Shown: piece by piece, positions 12,837 through 23,592 of the stretch
Position numbering within the stretch: position 1 is the first letter of the stretch
Layout: every line of letters starts with the position of its first letter
From: Squalus acanthias
Lineage: Eukaryota
NCBI GenBank assembly: GCA_030390025.1
Contig: CM059432.1
Coordinates: 93,374,001 to 93,438,000, forward strand
DNA length: 64,000 nucleotides
Direction of reading: 5' to 3'
The notes under the pieces: generated by a model
What the model saw: the letters and a program-made list of their open reading frames with translations, nothing else
Database searches by the model: none
What the model was told of the DNA's origin: nothing
Position numbers and translations under genes: made by a program

Positions 12837-14443
12837 TGTAAAATTCGCAATTATCGCGATTCGAAATAACGAGATAAAGCAGATTCGTTTCATCAGTTTT
12901 ATTTCAACGAAATGCTGTCATGATTAAACAGGACACAGAAGCCTGTAAAATGGCCGCCGAGCATCGTGGCAGAAGCTTCCAGAATTTTCAGTGGGCAGAC
13001 AAGATGGCGTTCGAATAAACATTTCAGTATAAGATTGGTTAATACGCAGCAAACACTGATAAAGACAGGATGCAACCTGTCTGCATTCGACACAATGGCA
13101 AAGATATAAGTGCTGGAATCATTTTCCATGCACAAGTAAGGGCCATTGTAATGGGCAATCGAAGGCCCATCCAGATACGTCAATACGCAAATTCCCCACG
13201 GCTCTACAATGAGAGAGCCATTCTCGGGTGCTTACACAAGTATTCGGAGGCCCCCAAAACCCCGCCAGGGAGGCTCCTAGCCGGTTCGACAATGGGGAAA
13301 ATATTAACGGATAGTTGGCCAGTTTAAGGTGCTACCGAAACCCATTAAAGGAAAGAATCGCCCCATGCTGGGAGTTTTGTACACCAGTATTACACAAAGG
13401 ACAAACATCAAGATTTGGGCGGGAGATAAGGGAACACAGCACTATAACTATAGTGAACAAACGTCCATCGCGCTCTTATTCCTCTGATCCTCCCGGGGCT
13501 TATTCGTTTGAACTGACTCTTGACGCGGGCTGAACTTTTATTCTCCTATGTTGGGTGGAGCTCAATTTGGAACGAGTCGCCTCGACGAAGGCCAGTGACC
13601 GGGTGCACCATCCCGAGGGTCGGTAAACGGTGTTCTGGACCCGAAGGCCCGAAGAGACGAGACGAGACGAGAAGAGAAAAAGAAGAATCCACGTGCCGCC
13701 GCGGTCAGTAAACCCCGACCGTGCCCGAAAATATATAGACCATTTTTGAACTCTACAGGTTACTGCATGAACTGGTCAAAGACTCTTCTTTGAATTCTAC
13801 CGGCAAACGGTGTCGGACACAGGAAGACTCTTCTTCGAACCGGGCCCGAGCACTGTCGAGTTCTTCATGACAACGGGGAGCCCAGCCTGCTTGCAGCAGC
13901 AGCGAAAGTAAACAAGTGGGTTACAGAGACCCCTCAAAACACGTGACAGTCAGGCGCTGCAGCGAAACGAACCGAGTGCCTCGTTTAAAATTCTCCGAAG
14001 TATCACGAGTGGTGAGCATGTTTCCCGATCCTACAAATCTAGATTAGTGTAGGTATTGATAGGGGAGGGTGGTTTTTATTAAGGATAAATATAATGTGTT
14101 CCCCTTTTTACGATGTGCCGTGCGTTCCTCATTACCCTAGACCAAGTTTTATGAATGTATGTATACTTGTACTGTCATTAATTTGTGCCTATCACATGTA
14201 CTTCATGATTTTGGACGTTATGCAATAAAGATTTCCATTTCGTACTATTCAACCGGGTCTATTTGAGTTTTCTCTGCATTACTGCTCTCGCACCTAAGTC
14301 CAGTGTTAGAACCGTAAGGGCGAGTGGGTCGAACCACTCACAGGTGCTTATTGCAACAAGGCTGGCCGGAGACCAGAGCAAGCAATAGTATTAGGCAACG
14401 AAGGCCTAACCCCGCACAAGCACCCTGAACCGAACCCCTTACA
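12837..14443 (+). mobile_element. Solo LTR (about 1.6 kb) of an LTR retrotransposon or endogenous retrovirus
   Basis: TGTAA...TTACA termini, 4-bp TSD TTCC (12833-12836, 14444-14447), AATAAA near 14224, CpG-rich, no recognisable coding domain. Confidence 0.8.
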
Positions 14444-15651
14444 TTCCCTCATCTTCACATGATCCATCTCCGACTCTTCCATTCCCTTCCTCGACTTCTC
14501 TGTCTCCATTTCTGGGGATAGTCTATCGACCAATATCGACTGTAAGCCCACTGACTCCCACAGCTACCTTGACTACGCTTCCTCCCACCCCGCTTCCTAT
14601 AAGGACTTTCTTTCATTCTCCCAGTTTCTCCATCTCCGTCGTATCTGTTCCGACGATGCCACCTTCCAACCCAGTGCTTTCGATATGTCCTGCTTTTCCA
14701 CATCCGAGGATTCCCCTCCACTGTGGTCGACAGGGCCGTCGACCGTGTCCGTTCCATTTCCCGCAGTTCTGCTCTCACCTCTTCCCCTCCCCCTCCCTCC
14801 CAGAACCACGATAGGTTTCCCCTTGCCCTCACCTTCCACCTCACCAACCTCCACATTCAACGGATCATCGCTGTCATTTCCCCACCTCCAGCATGATCGC
14901 ACCACCAAACACATCTTCCCCTCCCCTCCCCTTTCAGCAATCCGAAGAGACCGCTCCCTCCGCGACACGCTGGTCCACTCCTCTATCACCCCCAACACCC
15001 ACTCCCCTTCCCACAGCACCTTCCCGTGTAAACATAGGAGATGCAACACCTGCCCTTTTACCTCCTCCCTTCCCTCCTTCCAGGTGAAACAGTGATTTAC
15101 TTGTACTTCTTTCAATTTAGTAGACTGTATTCGCTGCTCACGATGTGGTCTCCTCTACTGGGTGGACCAAACGCAGATAGGTGACCGCTTTGCAGAACAC
15201 CTCCGTTCAATACGCAAGCGTGACCCCGAGCTTACGGTCACCTGTCATTTTAATTCTCCGCCCCACTCCCACTCTGACATCGGCCTCCTGTACTGTTCCA
15301 ATGAAGCTCAACGGAAGTTTGAGGAACAACACTTCATCTTTCTATTAGGCACTTTACAGCTTTCTGGACTCAACATTGAGTTCAACAATTTCAGATCATA
15401 ACCTCGGACCCCATTTTTTCGGACAGCAGCTGGTGCTGATGATTCTGATATTCCCATTTACACCTGCTCTAGACCCATCTTTTGTTTCTTGTCCCATTAC
15501 CATCTCCTTTCACCTTGCACCATCATCCCTTGTCATTTAATCTCTCCTGCCTTCCACCCTATCACAGGCCTTCCCTTTTGTTCTTTCCTCCTTTCCCCCT
15601 TTTCCCTGCCCCTACACTTGCTTCAAAACTATTACAACTTTAACCTTTTCC

Positions 15652-15688
15652 AGTTCTGACGAAAGGTCATCGACCTGAAACGTTAACT
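15652..15688 (+). ncRNA. Minimal type I hammerhead ribozyme motif
   Basis: AGTTCTGACGAAAGGTCATCGACCTGAAACGTTAACT, identical to the revcomp of 1218-1254. Confidence 0.75.
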
Positions 15689-15834
15689 CTGTTTCTCTCT
15701 CCATAGATGCTGCTTGACCTGCTGAGTATTTCCGGCATTTTCTGTTTTTATTTTAGGAGTAAACTTTGTTTCTAAAGTAGAATTAAAAAATATGTATTAT
15801 TAAAGAAAGATAAACTATTACTCATGTCCATAAA

Positions 15835-16478
15835 GAAAGAATTGCATTTATATAGCGCCTTTCATGACTTCAGGACATCCCAAATTGCTTTACAGCAATA
15901 AAGTAATTTTGCATGCTGTTTTTCATGCTGTATGATTTTGCCATTCCCATTTGCAACATTTTATCTTTCCTGCCTCTTACCTAAGCACAGTATGTTCCTT
16001 CAATTCCTTCCTCCCCTCCTAAACCCCCCCCCCCTGTCTCTGCACCTGCTTAATATGTTACATCTCCAGCTTTTTCCAGTTCTGATGAAGGGTCCCAGAC
16101 TATTGAAGTAATTTTGAAGTGTAGTCACTGTTGTACCGTAGGAAACACAACAGCTTATTTTCACAGAGCAAGGCCCTACAAACTGCAATGTGATAATCTG
16201 TTTTAGTGATGCTGGTTGAGGGATAAGTATTGGCCATAATTCCCTGGGAGAACTCCCCTGCTCTTCTTCGAATAGTCCCATGGGATCTTTTGCATCCACC
16301 TGAGGGGGCAGACGGGGTCTTCTTTTAAGTCTCATTTAAGAGACAGCACCTCCAACAGTGCAGCACTCTTTCAGTACTGGAGTATCAGCCTAGATTTTGT
16401 GTTCAAGTTGCTGGAGTGGCCTTGAACCCACAACCTTCTGACTGAGGCGAGTGCTACCAACTGCGCCATGGCTGACAC
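15835..16478 (-). mobile_element. tRNA-derived SINE with Deu-domain-like core (SacSINE1/AmnSINE1-like) and L2-type tail
   Basis: Revcomp shows a tRNA-like head (GGCGCAGTTGGTAGC...GGGTTCAAG), core GATCCCATGG...GAAGAGCAGGGGAGTTCTCCC and tail GGCGCTATATAAATGCAA. About 15910-16100 is an unrelated insert. Family name is from memory. Confidence 0.65.
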
Positions 16479-16529
16479 AAATGAAATAGGATTGCTGGTG
16501 TGAATATGTTTTACTTAGATTAGATTAGC

Positions 16530-18265
16530 TTTTCAGACTGGGAGGTGGTTTGCAGTGTTGTTCCCCAAGGGTCAGTTTTGGATCCATGACCTTTTGCAAT
16601 TTTCATAAACGACCTAGATTCGGGTGTAGGGAGCAGCATTATAAAGTTTGCAGATGATACGTAACTTGGCAAAGTAGTAGATCATGATGAGAACAGTTAT
16701 AGGCTTCAGACTGACAGAGACAGGATGGTGAAATGGGCAGAAGCATGGCAAATGGAGTCCAATGCGGAGAAGTGTGAAGTGATGCACTTTGGGAGGACTA
16801 ATATGGAAAGACAGTATACTATAAATGGCACTTTTTTGAAAATTGTAGATGAGCAGAGACACCTTGGTGTCCATATAGATAAATCCTTAAAGGTGGCAGG
16901 GCAAGTTGATAAGGTGGTCAAAAAAGAGACTTGGGGGTCCAGGTACATAGATCATTAAAATGTTATGAACAGGTACAGAAAATAATCAAAAAGGCTAATG
17001 GAATGCTGGCCTTTATATCTAGAGGACTAGAATACAAGGGGGTAGAAGTTATGCTGCAGCTATACAAAGCCCTGGTTAGACCACACCTGGAGTACTGTGA
17101 GCAGTTCTGGACACCACACCTTAGGAAGGATATATTGGCCTTGGAGGGAGTGCAGCGTAGGTTTACCAGAATGATACCCGGACTTCAAGGGTTAAGTTAC
17201 GAGGAGAGATTACACAAAGTAGGGTTGTATTTCCTGGAATTTAGAAGGTTAAGGGGTGATATAATCGAAGTTTTCAAGATATTAAGGGGAACTGATAGTG
17301 TAGATAGAGAGAAACTATTTCCGCTCGTTGGGGATTCTAGGACTAGGGGGCATAGTCTAAAAATTAGAGCCAGACCTTTTAGGAGTGAAGTTAGGAAACA
17401 CTTCTACACACAAAGGGTGGTAGTAGTTTGGAACTCTCTCCCGCAAACGACAATTGATGCTAGATCAATTGTTAATTTTAAATCGGAGATTGATAGATTT
17501 CTGTTAACCAAAGGCATTAAGGGATATGGGGCAAAGGTGGGTATATGGAGTTAGGTCGCCATGATCTCATTGAATGGCGGAACAGGCTTGAGGGGCTAAA
17601 TGGCCTACTCCTGTTCCAATGTTCCATGTTTCCTATGTTCCTATATGGGTTACTTAGTTTTACAAATAGAGGAATAGAATATAAAAGCAAAGAGATAGTA
17701 CTAGAACTTTATAAATCACTGGTTAGGCCTCAGCTGGAGTATTGTAGACAATTCTGGGCATCACATTACAGGAAAGATTTAAAGGCATTAGAAAGGGTAC
17801 AGAGGAGGTTTACCAGGATGTTACCAGGGATGACGTGCTTTAGTTATGAGGAGAGGTTGGAAAAGTTAGGACTGTTCTCCTTGGAACAGAGAAGGTTAAG
17901 AGGCAACCTAATAGAGGTTTTCAAGATGATGAGAGGTTTTGATAGAGTCAATAGGGACAAAATATTCCCTCTGGCGAGTGGTCATAGATTCAAAATCATT
18001 GGAAAACGATCTAGAAGGGAGATTAATTTTTTCAGAGAATTTTTTCACTCAGAGCTGTCGGGATCTGGAATGCTCTACTTGAAAAAGTGGTGGAAGCTGA
18101 TTCCATAAATAATTTTAAAACAGAGTTGGATAGGTTCTTGAGGATGAGGAACTTATAGGATTACGGACACAAGGCGGGGATGTGGGACTAAGCACGACTG
18201 CTCTTTCAAATAGCCAGCACAGGTACGATGGGCCGAATGGCCTCCTTCTGTGCTGTAAGTTTCTA
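16530..18265 (+). mobile_element. Two nested CR1 3' fragments (inner about 16927-17645)
   Basis: Outer RT reading KVVKK...YGLLSF is split by a second CR1 3' end with its own (CCTATGTT)-type tail. Confidence 0.85.
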
Positions 18266-18402
18266 TGAAAAAACTGTCATCTTTTCCCCTCTGATTATTT
18301 GAAAAAACATATAGACGTTACACCTATATGACAGATTACAGAATAAAAAAATACATAAACTGGAAGACTACAAACATCATACGAATGTAGAATGCCAAGA
18401 AA

Positions 18403-18712
18403 GAACATAAGAACATAAGAAATAGGAGCAGGAGTAGGCCAATTGGCCCCTCGAGCCTGCTCCGCCATTCAATAAGATCATGGCTGATCTGATCCTAACC
18501 GCCAATCTACTATCACAGAACCATCTCCTGAACCTAACAGAATTGGACACACGAAATAGGAGCAGGATCAGGCTACACGGCCCCTGGGCCTGCTACGCTA
18601 CCCACAGGGCCATGACCGATCCGAACCTAGACTCATGTCCAAATTCCTGCCCGCTCCCCGTAACCCTTAATTCCCTTTACTTCTAGGAAACTGTCTATTT
18701 CTGTTTTAAATT
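18403..18712 (-). mobile_element. CR1 3' end, subfamily with duplicated 3' UTR module
   Basis: Near-identical to 34187-34490, with two AAATAGGAGCA(G/T)GA modules. Confidence 0.85.
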
Positions 18713-20285
18713 TTAAAGCTCTGTTTATATATTAGAATGATACTGGTAGAATAAAATTGATAAAGCATAGCACACCTGCAGTATTAGACAAGTATTTAAT
18801 TTTTTCCTCAAATAAAATGTATCATTGAGAATATTTGAATCAGTAATATATATATATATATATATATAATATAATATATATATATTTTATAAAGGTAAGA
18901 GGTATTAAATAAGAATATTCTTGTCTTAAGCATATTTACAATATGTCAGCTCCTCCCTAAAACGTTAATATCTTTAAGAATTTTTAAAAAAGAAACCATA
19001 ATTTATAATTTTTGGTTACAAGTAGGAATAACATATTTATTCTATTTGAATGATTATATAGTGACTCTGTATCATTGTAAAATATAATTTGATAAACTGG
19101 ATACAAAACTGATTCTTGTGGGTTTTTTCAAAAAACTGTATTGTTCAAACTAAATTGTTAGGATGCTGTTTTAGTTTATTATATTACCAAATGAATTAAA
19201 AAAAATGAAAAATACAAGGTTTAAAGGGATTTCCCATCTGTGATGATTTTTTATTTTGCTTTTTTAAACATTTCATATTATGTCAAACCATTTGGTCTAA
19301 TTTTTCTTCTCAGACTTAAGATTAGAGTTCTGTTCAAGGAGGCAAAGGGTATATAACTGGGATGGTGGTAGGTATATGACTGGGAGCTGGTAATAAGCCT
19401 TATTATCGGAGATATCAAAAAGAGAGTTCTCCAAAAAAGGTAATTTAAAGACAGAAATATAACAACATAATGAAGTTTGGGGAAGAGGGACATTATGGGA
19501 CTGAGATGGGCTGTTCACACCTGGGAAAAGAAGAACAGCACAAAGCTGGGAGAGAATTTTTTTTTAATTCTCAGGTATAATGCCCCCCTTGGCTAACTAA
19601 GGAAGTAAAGGATGGTATCAAAGTGAAAACAAAAGCATACAATGTTGCGAAGAATAGTGAAAGGCCAGAGGATTGGGAAATTTTTAAAAAACAGCAAAGG
19701 ACAACTAAAAAAATGATAAAGAGAGAGAAGATAGCTTATGAGAGTAAGCTAGCATGAAATATAAATATAAAAAAGCTTCTACAGGTATATAAAAAGGAAG
19801 AGAGTAGCTAAAGTAAACGTTGGCCCCCTAGAGGATGAGTCTGGGGAATTAATAATGGGAAACAGGGAAATGGCAGAGACTTTAAACAAATATTTTGCAT
19901 CGGTCTTCACAGTAGAAGACACTAAGGGGGAAAAATTCAGTCGCGCCCCATTTGGGGCGCAAATATCGTCCGGGCGCAAAAATTAGCGCCTGGCGCTAAT
20001 TATCGCCACTGACTGGAAACTTCACTTTTAACGCCCCGGGAGGTGATTGGAGCGCTAAATCAGGCGCTGCACACCTGTCTTAAGGCGCAAAGGCCGAGGA
20101 GTGAGGCGCTAACTCAGAGAGTGAGCGCAGCGCAGGTGCTGCCAGTTAGCGAGGGAACACAGACACACTGGCGCCGGCCAGTTCTTAAAGGGGGGGGGGG
20201 CGATCTTGCTCCCCAGCCACACCCTGCTCATTGCAGCCTTGAATCTCGGCCTGGAGAGACCTGTGAATCCATTTTCCAGCCAAGG

Positions 20286-22129
20286 ATGGAGAGGGTGAGA
20301 GAACGAGCTGAGCGCTTCACCGAGCGGGCCTTGGATGCTCTGGTTGGCGCGGTGGAGCGCCGAAGAGCAATACTGTACCCAGAGAGTGGCAGGAGGCCTT
20401 TGCCGCGCGACTACAGAAGAGTGTGGAGGGAGGTGGCTCAGCGCGTCTCCTCCAGGAGCATGGTGCCCAGGACCCATGTCCAATGCCGGAAAAAGTTCAC
20501 CGACCTCACTCGGGTCATCAGGGTGAGTGGCTTTTTTGCAATACCTCTCCATCCCTCCATCTCAACCTCACTCTATGGCCAGAGGGTCTTAAAACCACAA
20601 TTAACAACATTCATCCAACACCTATGGCCCTTTCATGAAGCACACACACACATTCCATACTTTGCATACAGTAAGGGCTATTCACCTATGGGAGGCACAT
20701 CAGGCAAGACCATGGCTGTATACAGTAAGGGCTATTCACCTATGGGAGGCACATCAGGCAAGACCATGGCTGTATACAGTAAGGGCTATTCACCTATGGG
20801 AGGCACATCAGGCAAGACCATGGCTGTATATTTACTCAGACGCCGTCCTTTTTCTTGCAGGCCAAGCTGGTGCATAATAGGAGACAGCAGCAACGGACAG
20901 GTGGAGGGCGGCCTCAGCTGCAACCCCTCAGCGATCTTGAGGAGCGCGTCCACAGGATTGTGGCAAGCCGGGTGATCGGTCCCGTCACCACTGGAGACGC
21001 TGACCCCGTTCTGGACAGCAATGGTAAGGTCATCACCTTTTTGTCCTCTGTCCTTCCACTTGTCCCTCACAACACCAGCCTTTGACACTTTCAATCCAAC
21101 TTACTAACTCGCTGCACTTATTCCTCCCTTACTGCCACCCTGTCCTCACGCTAAAGCCACTCTTGTACCTCCCTGCTTTCAGATGGTGATTCACCAGCTG
21201 AGGAGACGGGCCCTGAAGCTGCCAGTGGGAGTGAAGCTGCAACCGAGGAGGAAGAGGAAGCCGGAGCATCAGTGCCACCCTCTCCCGAGGAAGCCCATGC
21301 CGACACTGGGAACACGCCTTCCCTGGAGGGGAGCAGGGGGGAAGGGTCTGATGAGGGTGAAGCTCCAGGACCCAGCGGGCTGCAGCAACGCGATGGGGGT
21401 AGGGAAGCTCGGGGGCCTTCTCCCCGGAGGGAGAGTATGCCAGCGAGTCCTGCTGCACTGGACGCAGAGGAGGAGCGGCTGATCGCAGAAATGAACACCC
21501 AGGCGGTGGGCATGCACACTGAGCTCATGGCTGCAGTGGGTAGGGTGCCCGAATGCATTGAAGCACTGGCAAGGAGTGTGGAGCACTTCGCTGCAGCGCA
21601 GGCGGATGCGACACTGAAGCTCAGTGCTGCAATTCAATCTCAGACTGCTCTCATGCAGACTCAGATTGAGGCCACGCGAGCACTGTCTGCTGCCATCCTT
21701 GCTGGTTCGTTCACATTTCCCCGGGGCTCTCACCGCGCCGCAGCAGGCCAGCAATCTGTGCTCCAGCAGATTGCTCCGGATGCTGAGGTGCTGCCCCGTG
21801 GGAGTGCCAGTGTGCCGGTCGAGCAGGGAGTTGCTGTCCTCGCTCAAGATGACAGCATTCCTGCTGCCACCACTGTCACTTCTCCACTGCAGTTGCCACC
21901 GCCTGTAGGACAGACTGCTGCCGCCCATGCAGAGTTGGTGCAGTCTGCAGCCGGGCCCTCCAGGCCCAGAACTGGTCGAGGCCGTCCCTCAAGGGCATCT
22001 GCATTGTCAGGGCCTGACAGTCAGCAGCCTTCCACCAGCCTTGCTGCAGCCACTGAGGTCCCATTGCGGAGGAGCAGTAGGGTAAGAAGGGGGGAAGGGC
22101 GCACGGTAAGGAGTTCACCCTCGATGTAG
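20286..22129 (+). CDS. Harbinger Myb/SANT-like DNA-binding protein; predicted exons 20286-20522, 20861-21023, 21183-22129 (448 aa)
   Basis: RF...L..LV...W.EVA.RVS...RT..QCRKKF.DL Myb/SANT-like motif, then TGGG. Donors GTGAGT (20523) and GTAAGG (21024), acceptors TTTCTTGCAG and CTGCTTTCAG. Phases 0 and 1 join into one 1347-nt open frame. Confidence 0.88.
20667..20830. repeat. Three exact 54-bp tandem units in intron 1 of the Myb-like gene
   Basis: TACAGTAAGGGCTATTCACCTATGGGAGGCACATCAGGCAAGACCATGGCTGTA at 20667, 20721 and 20775. Confidence 0.95.
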
Positions 22130-22512
22130 GAGGTGTGACAAAATGCTGGTCATTTTTTTATTAAAGGCCGAGGTTCGTGGTCAAACTTTTGTTGAGTGTT
22201 TTGCACATGATCTCCAGGTTGTGAGAACCAGTTATGGTAATGACTGTTTATTTGTGTTTATTTGTATGAGTTTGTCATGAAGAAATGACACACACAGAGT
22301 TTGTAAAATAAATAAGTTTTGGTACTCAAAATATACATGTTTGGTGTTCGGAATCATTGGTGCCTTGGCCGGCTTAGGGGTTGCGTGTTGGGTTCATTCA
22401 TGCTGTTCTCAATGGCAGAAGCCATTTCCACAGCAGGGGCCTAGAAGCGGCTTGCTATCAGCCGCTGATGGACGGCCCTTGCAGTTTCACCATTGTGGGC
22501 CGCCCTCACGCC

Positions 22513-23592
22513 TTAGTGCTGCTGCTGATCATCCTCCTCCTCCTCTTCCTCCTCCTCCTCTGGTGGTGCTCCAAGGCCTGGTGGCATTGGCTGGGTCCTG
22601 AGGATTGCCATGTTATGCAGCATGCAGCACACAACTACGATGTTGGAAACTCGCTCAGGCGAGTACTGCAGGGCTCCTCCAGAATGGTCGAGACAGCGGA
22701 ACCGTTGCTTGAGCACGCCAATTGTGTGCTCCACGATGTTCCTGGTAGCTTGATGGCTCTCGTTGTACCGCAGCTCAGCAGGGGTGTTGGGCGTACGGAG
22801 CGGTGTCATCAGCCAGGTGCTCAGTGGATACCCCTTGTCCCCAAGAAGCCAACCAACTGGCTGATGCGGTGCCTCGAAAAGTTCTGCCACAGTAGTCTGG
22901 CGCAGGATGAAAGCATCGTGGCAGCTGCCAGGATAGTGGGCATTGACAGCGAGTATCAGCTGTCTGTGGTCACAGACCAACTGAACATTCAAGGAATGGA
23001 ACCCCTTTCTGTTCCGGAAATCCTCGGCATTCTCATGCGGAGCACGCAAAGCCACATGCGTGCAGTCAATGGCGCCCTGCACCATGGGGAAGCCCGCTAT
23101 CCTCGCAAAGCCCAGAGTGCGTTTTTGCTGCTTGTCTGGGGTCATGGGGAAAGAGATGAACTCTCGTCTCCTTTTAAAGAGGGCATTTGTGACCTTCCGG
23201 ATGCAGCAATGCACCGCTAACTGGGAGATATTGGCGATGTCCCCAACAGCAGATTGAAATGAGCCAGTAGCATAAAAGTTCAGAGCCACTGTGACCTTCA
23301 CTGCCACCGACAGAGACGTCCTGGAACTCAGTTGAGGCTGCAGATCTGGCTGCAGCAGGTGGCAGAGCTCAGTGACCACCTCCTTGCTGAAGCGCAGCCT
23401 TCGCAGACACTGCTCCTCAGACATATGAATGTAGGAGAGCTGTTCACGATATACCCTGGGAGGGTAAGCTCTCCTGTAGAGACGCCTGTTGGCCCTCCTC
23501 CGTCTGGCCATCATTGCCACTCTCTCTCTGCGTCTCTGTCTCCTCCGATTCAGCTGGCGCAGGACGACGTCCCCCATCAGTGCAGCCCCCAT
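22513..23592 (-). CDS. Harbinger DDE transposase (HARBI1-family), 359 aa from first ATG
   Basis: Uninterrupted ORF with LRF, VALNFYATG, GAIDCTH, NRKGFHSLNVQ, PGSCHD, LLGDKGY and RNIVEHTIGVLKQRFRCL motifs, plus an acidic tail. Confidence 0.95.
   Translation of the reverse strand: MGAALMGDVVLRQLNRRRQRRRERVAMMARRRRANRRLYRRAYPPRVYREQLSYIHMSEEQCLRRLRFSKEVVTELCHLLQPDLQPQLSSRTSLSVAVKVTVALNFYATGSFQSAVGDIANISQLAVHCCIRKVTNALFKRRREFISFPMTPDKQQKRTLGFARIAGFPMVQGAIDCTHVALRAPHENAEDFRNRKGFHSLNVQLVCDHRQLILAVNAHYPGSCHDAFILRQTTVAELFEAPHQPVGWLLGDKGYPLSTWLMTPLRTPNTPAELRYNESHQATRNIVEHTIGVLKQRFRCLDHSGGALQYSPERVSNIVVVCCMLHNMAILRTQPMPPGLGAPPEEEEEEEEEDDQQQH

Larger units (their letters stand above)
12680..15752 (+). 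mobile_element. Penelope-like element (degenerate RT + GIY-YIG + terminal repeat), split by a solo LTR
   Basis: YIDD RT motif near 12750. Reading NFHSS|LIFT continues across the LTR. GIY-YIG remnant at 15100-15400 and terminal repeat with hammerhead at 15650-15752. Confidence 0.85.

Noticed and set aside
20043..20975. 310-aa single-exon ORF as the true Myb protein
   Set aside because: Starts at GTG and reads through intron 1. The spliced 3-exon model fits better.
22381..23220. 279-aa ORF antisense to the transposase, and 219-aa ORF at 21269-21928
   Set aside because: Shadow frames of GC-rich coding sequence with no recognisable motifs.
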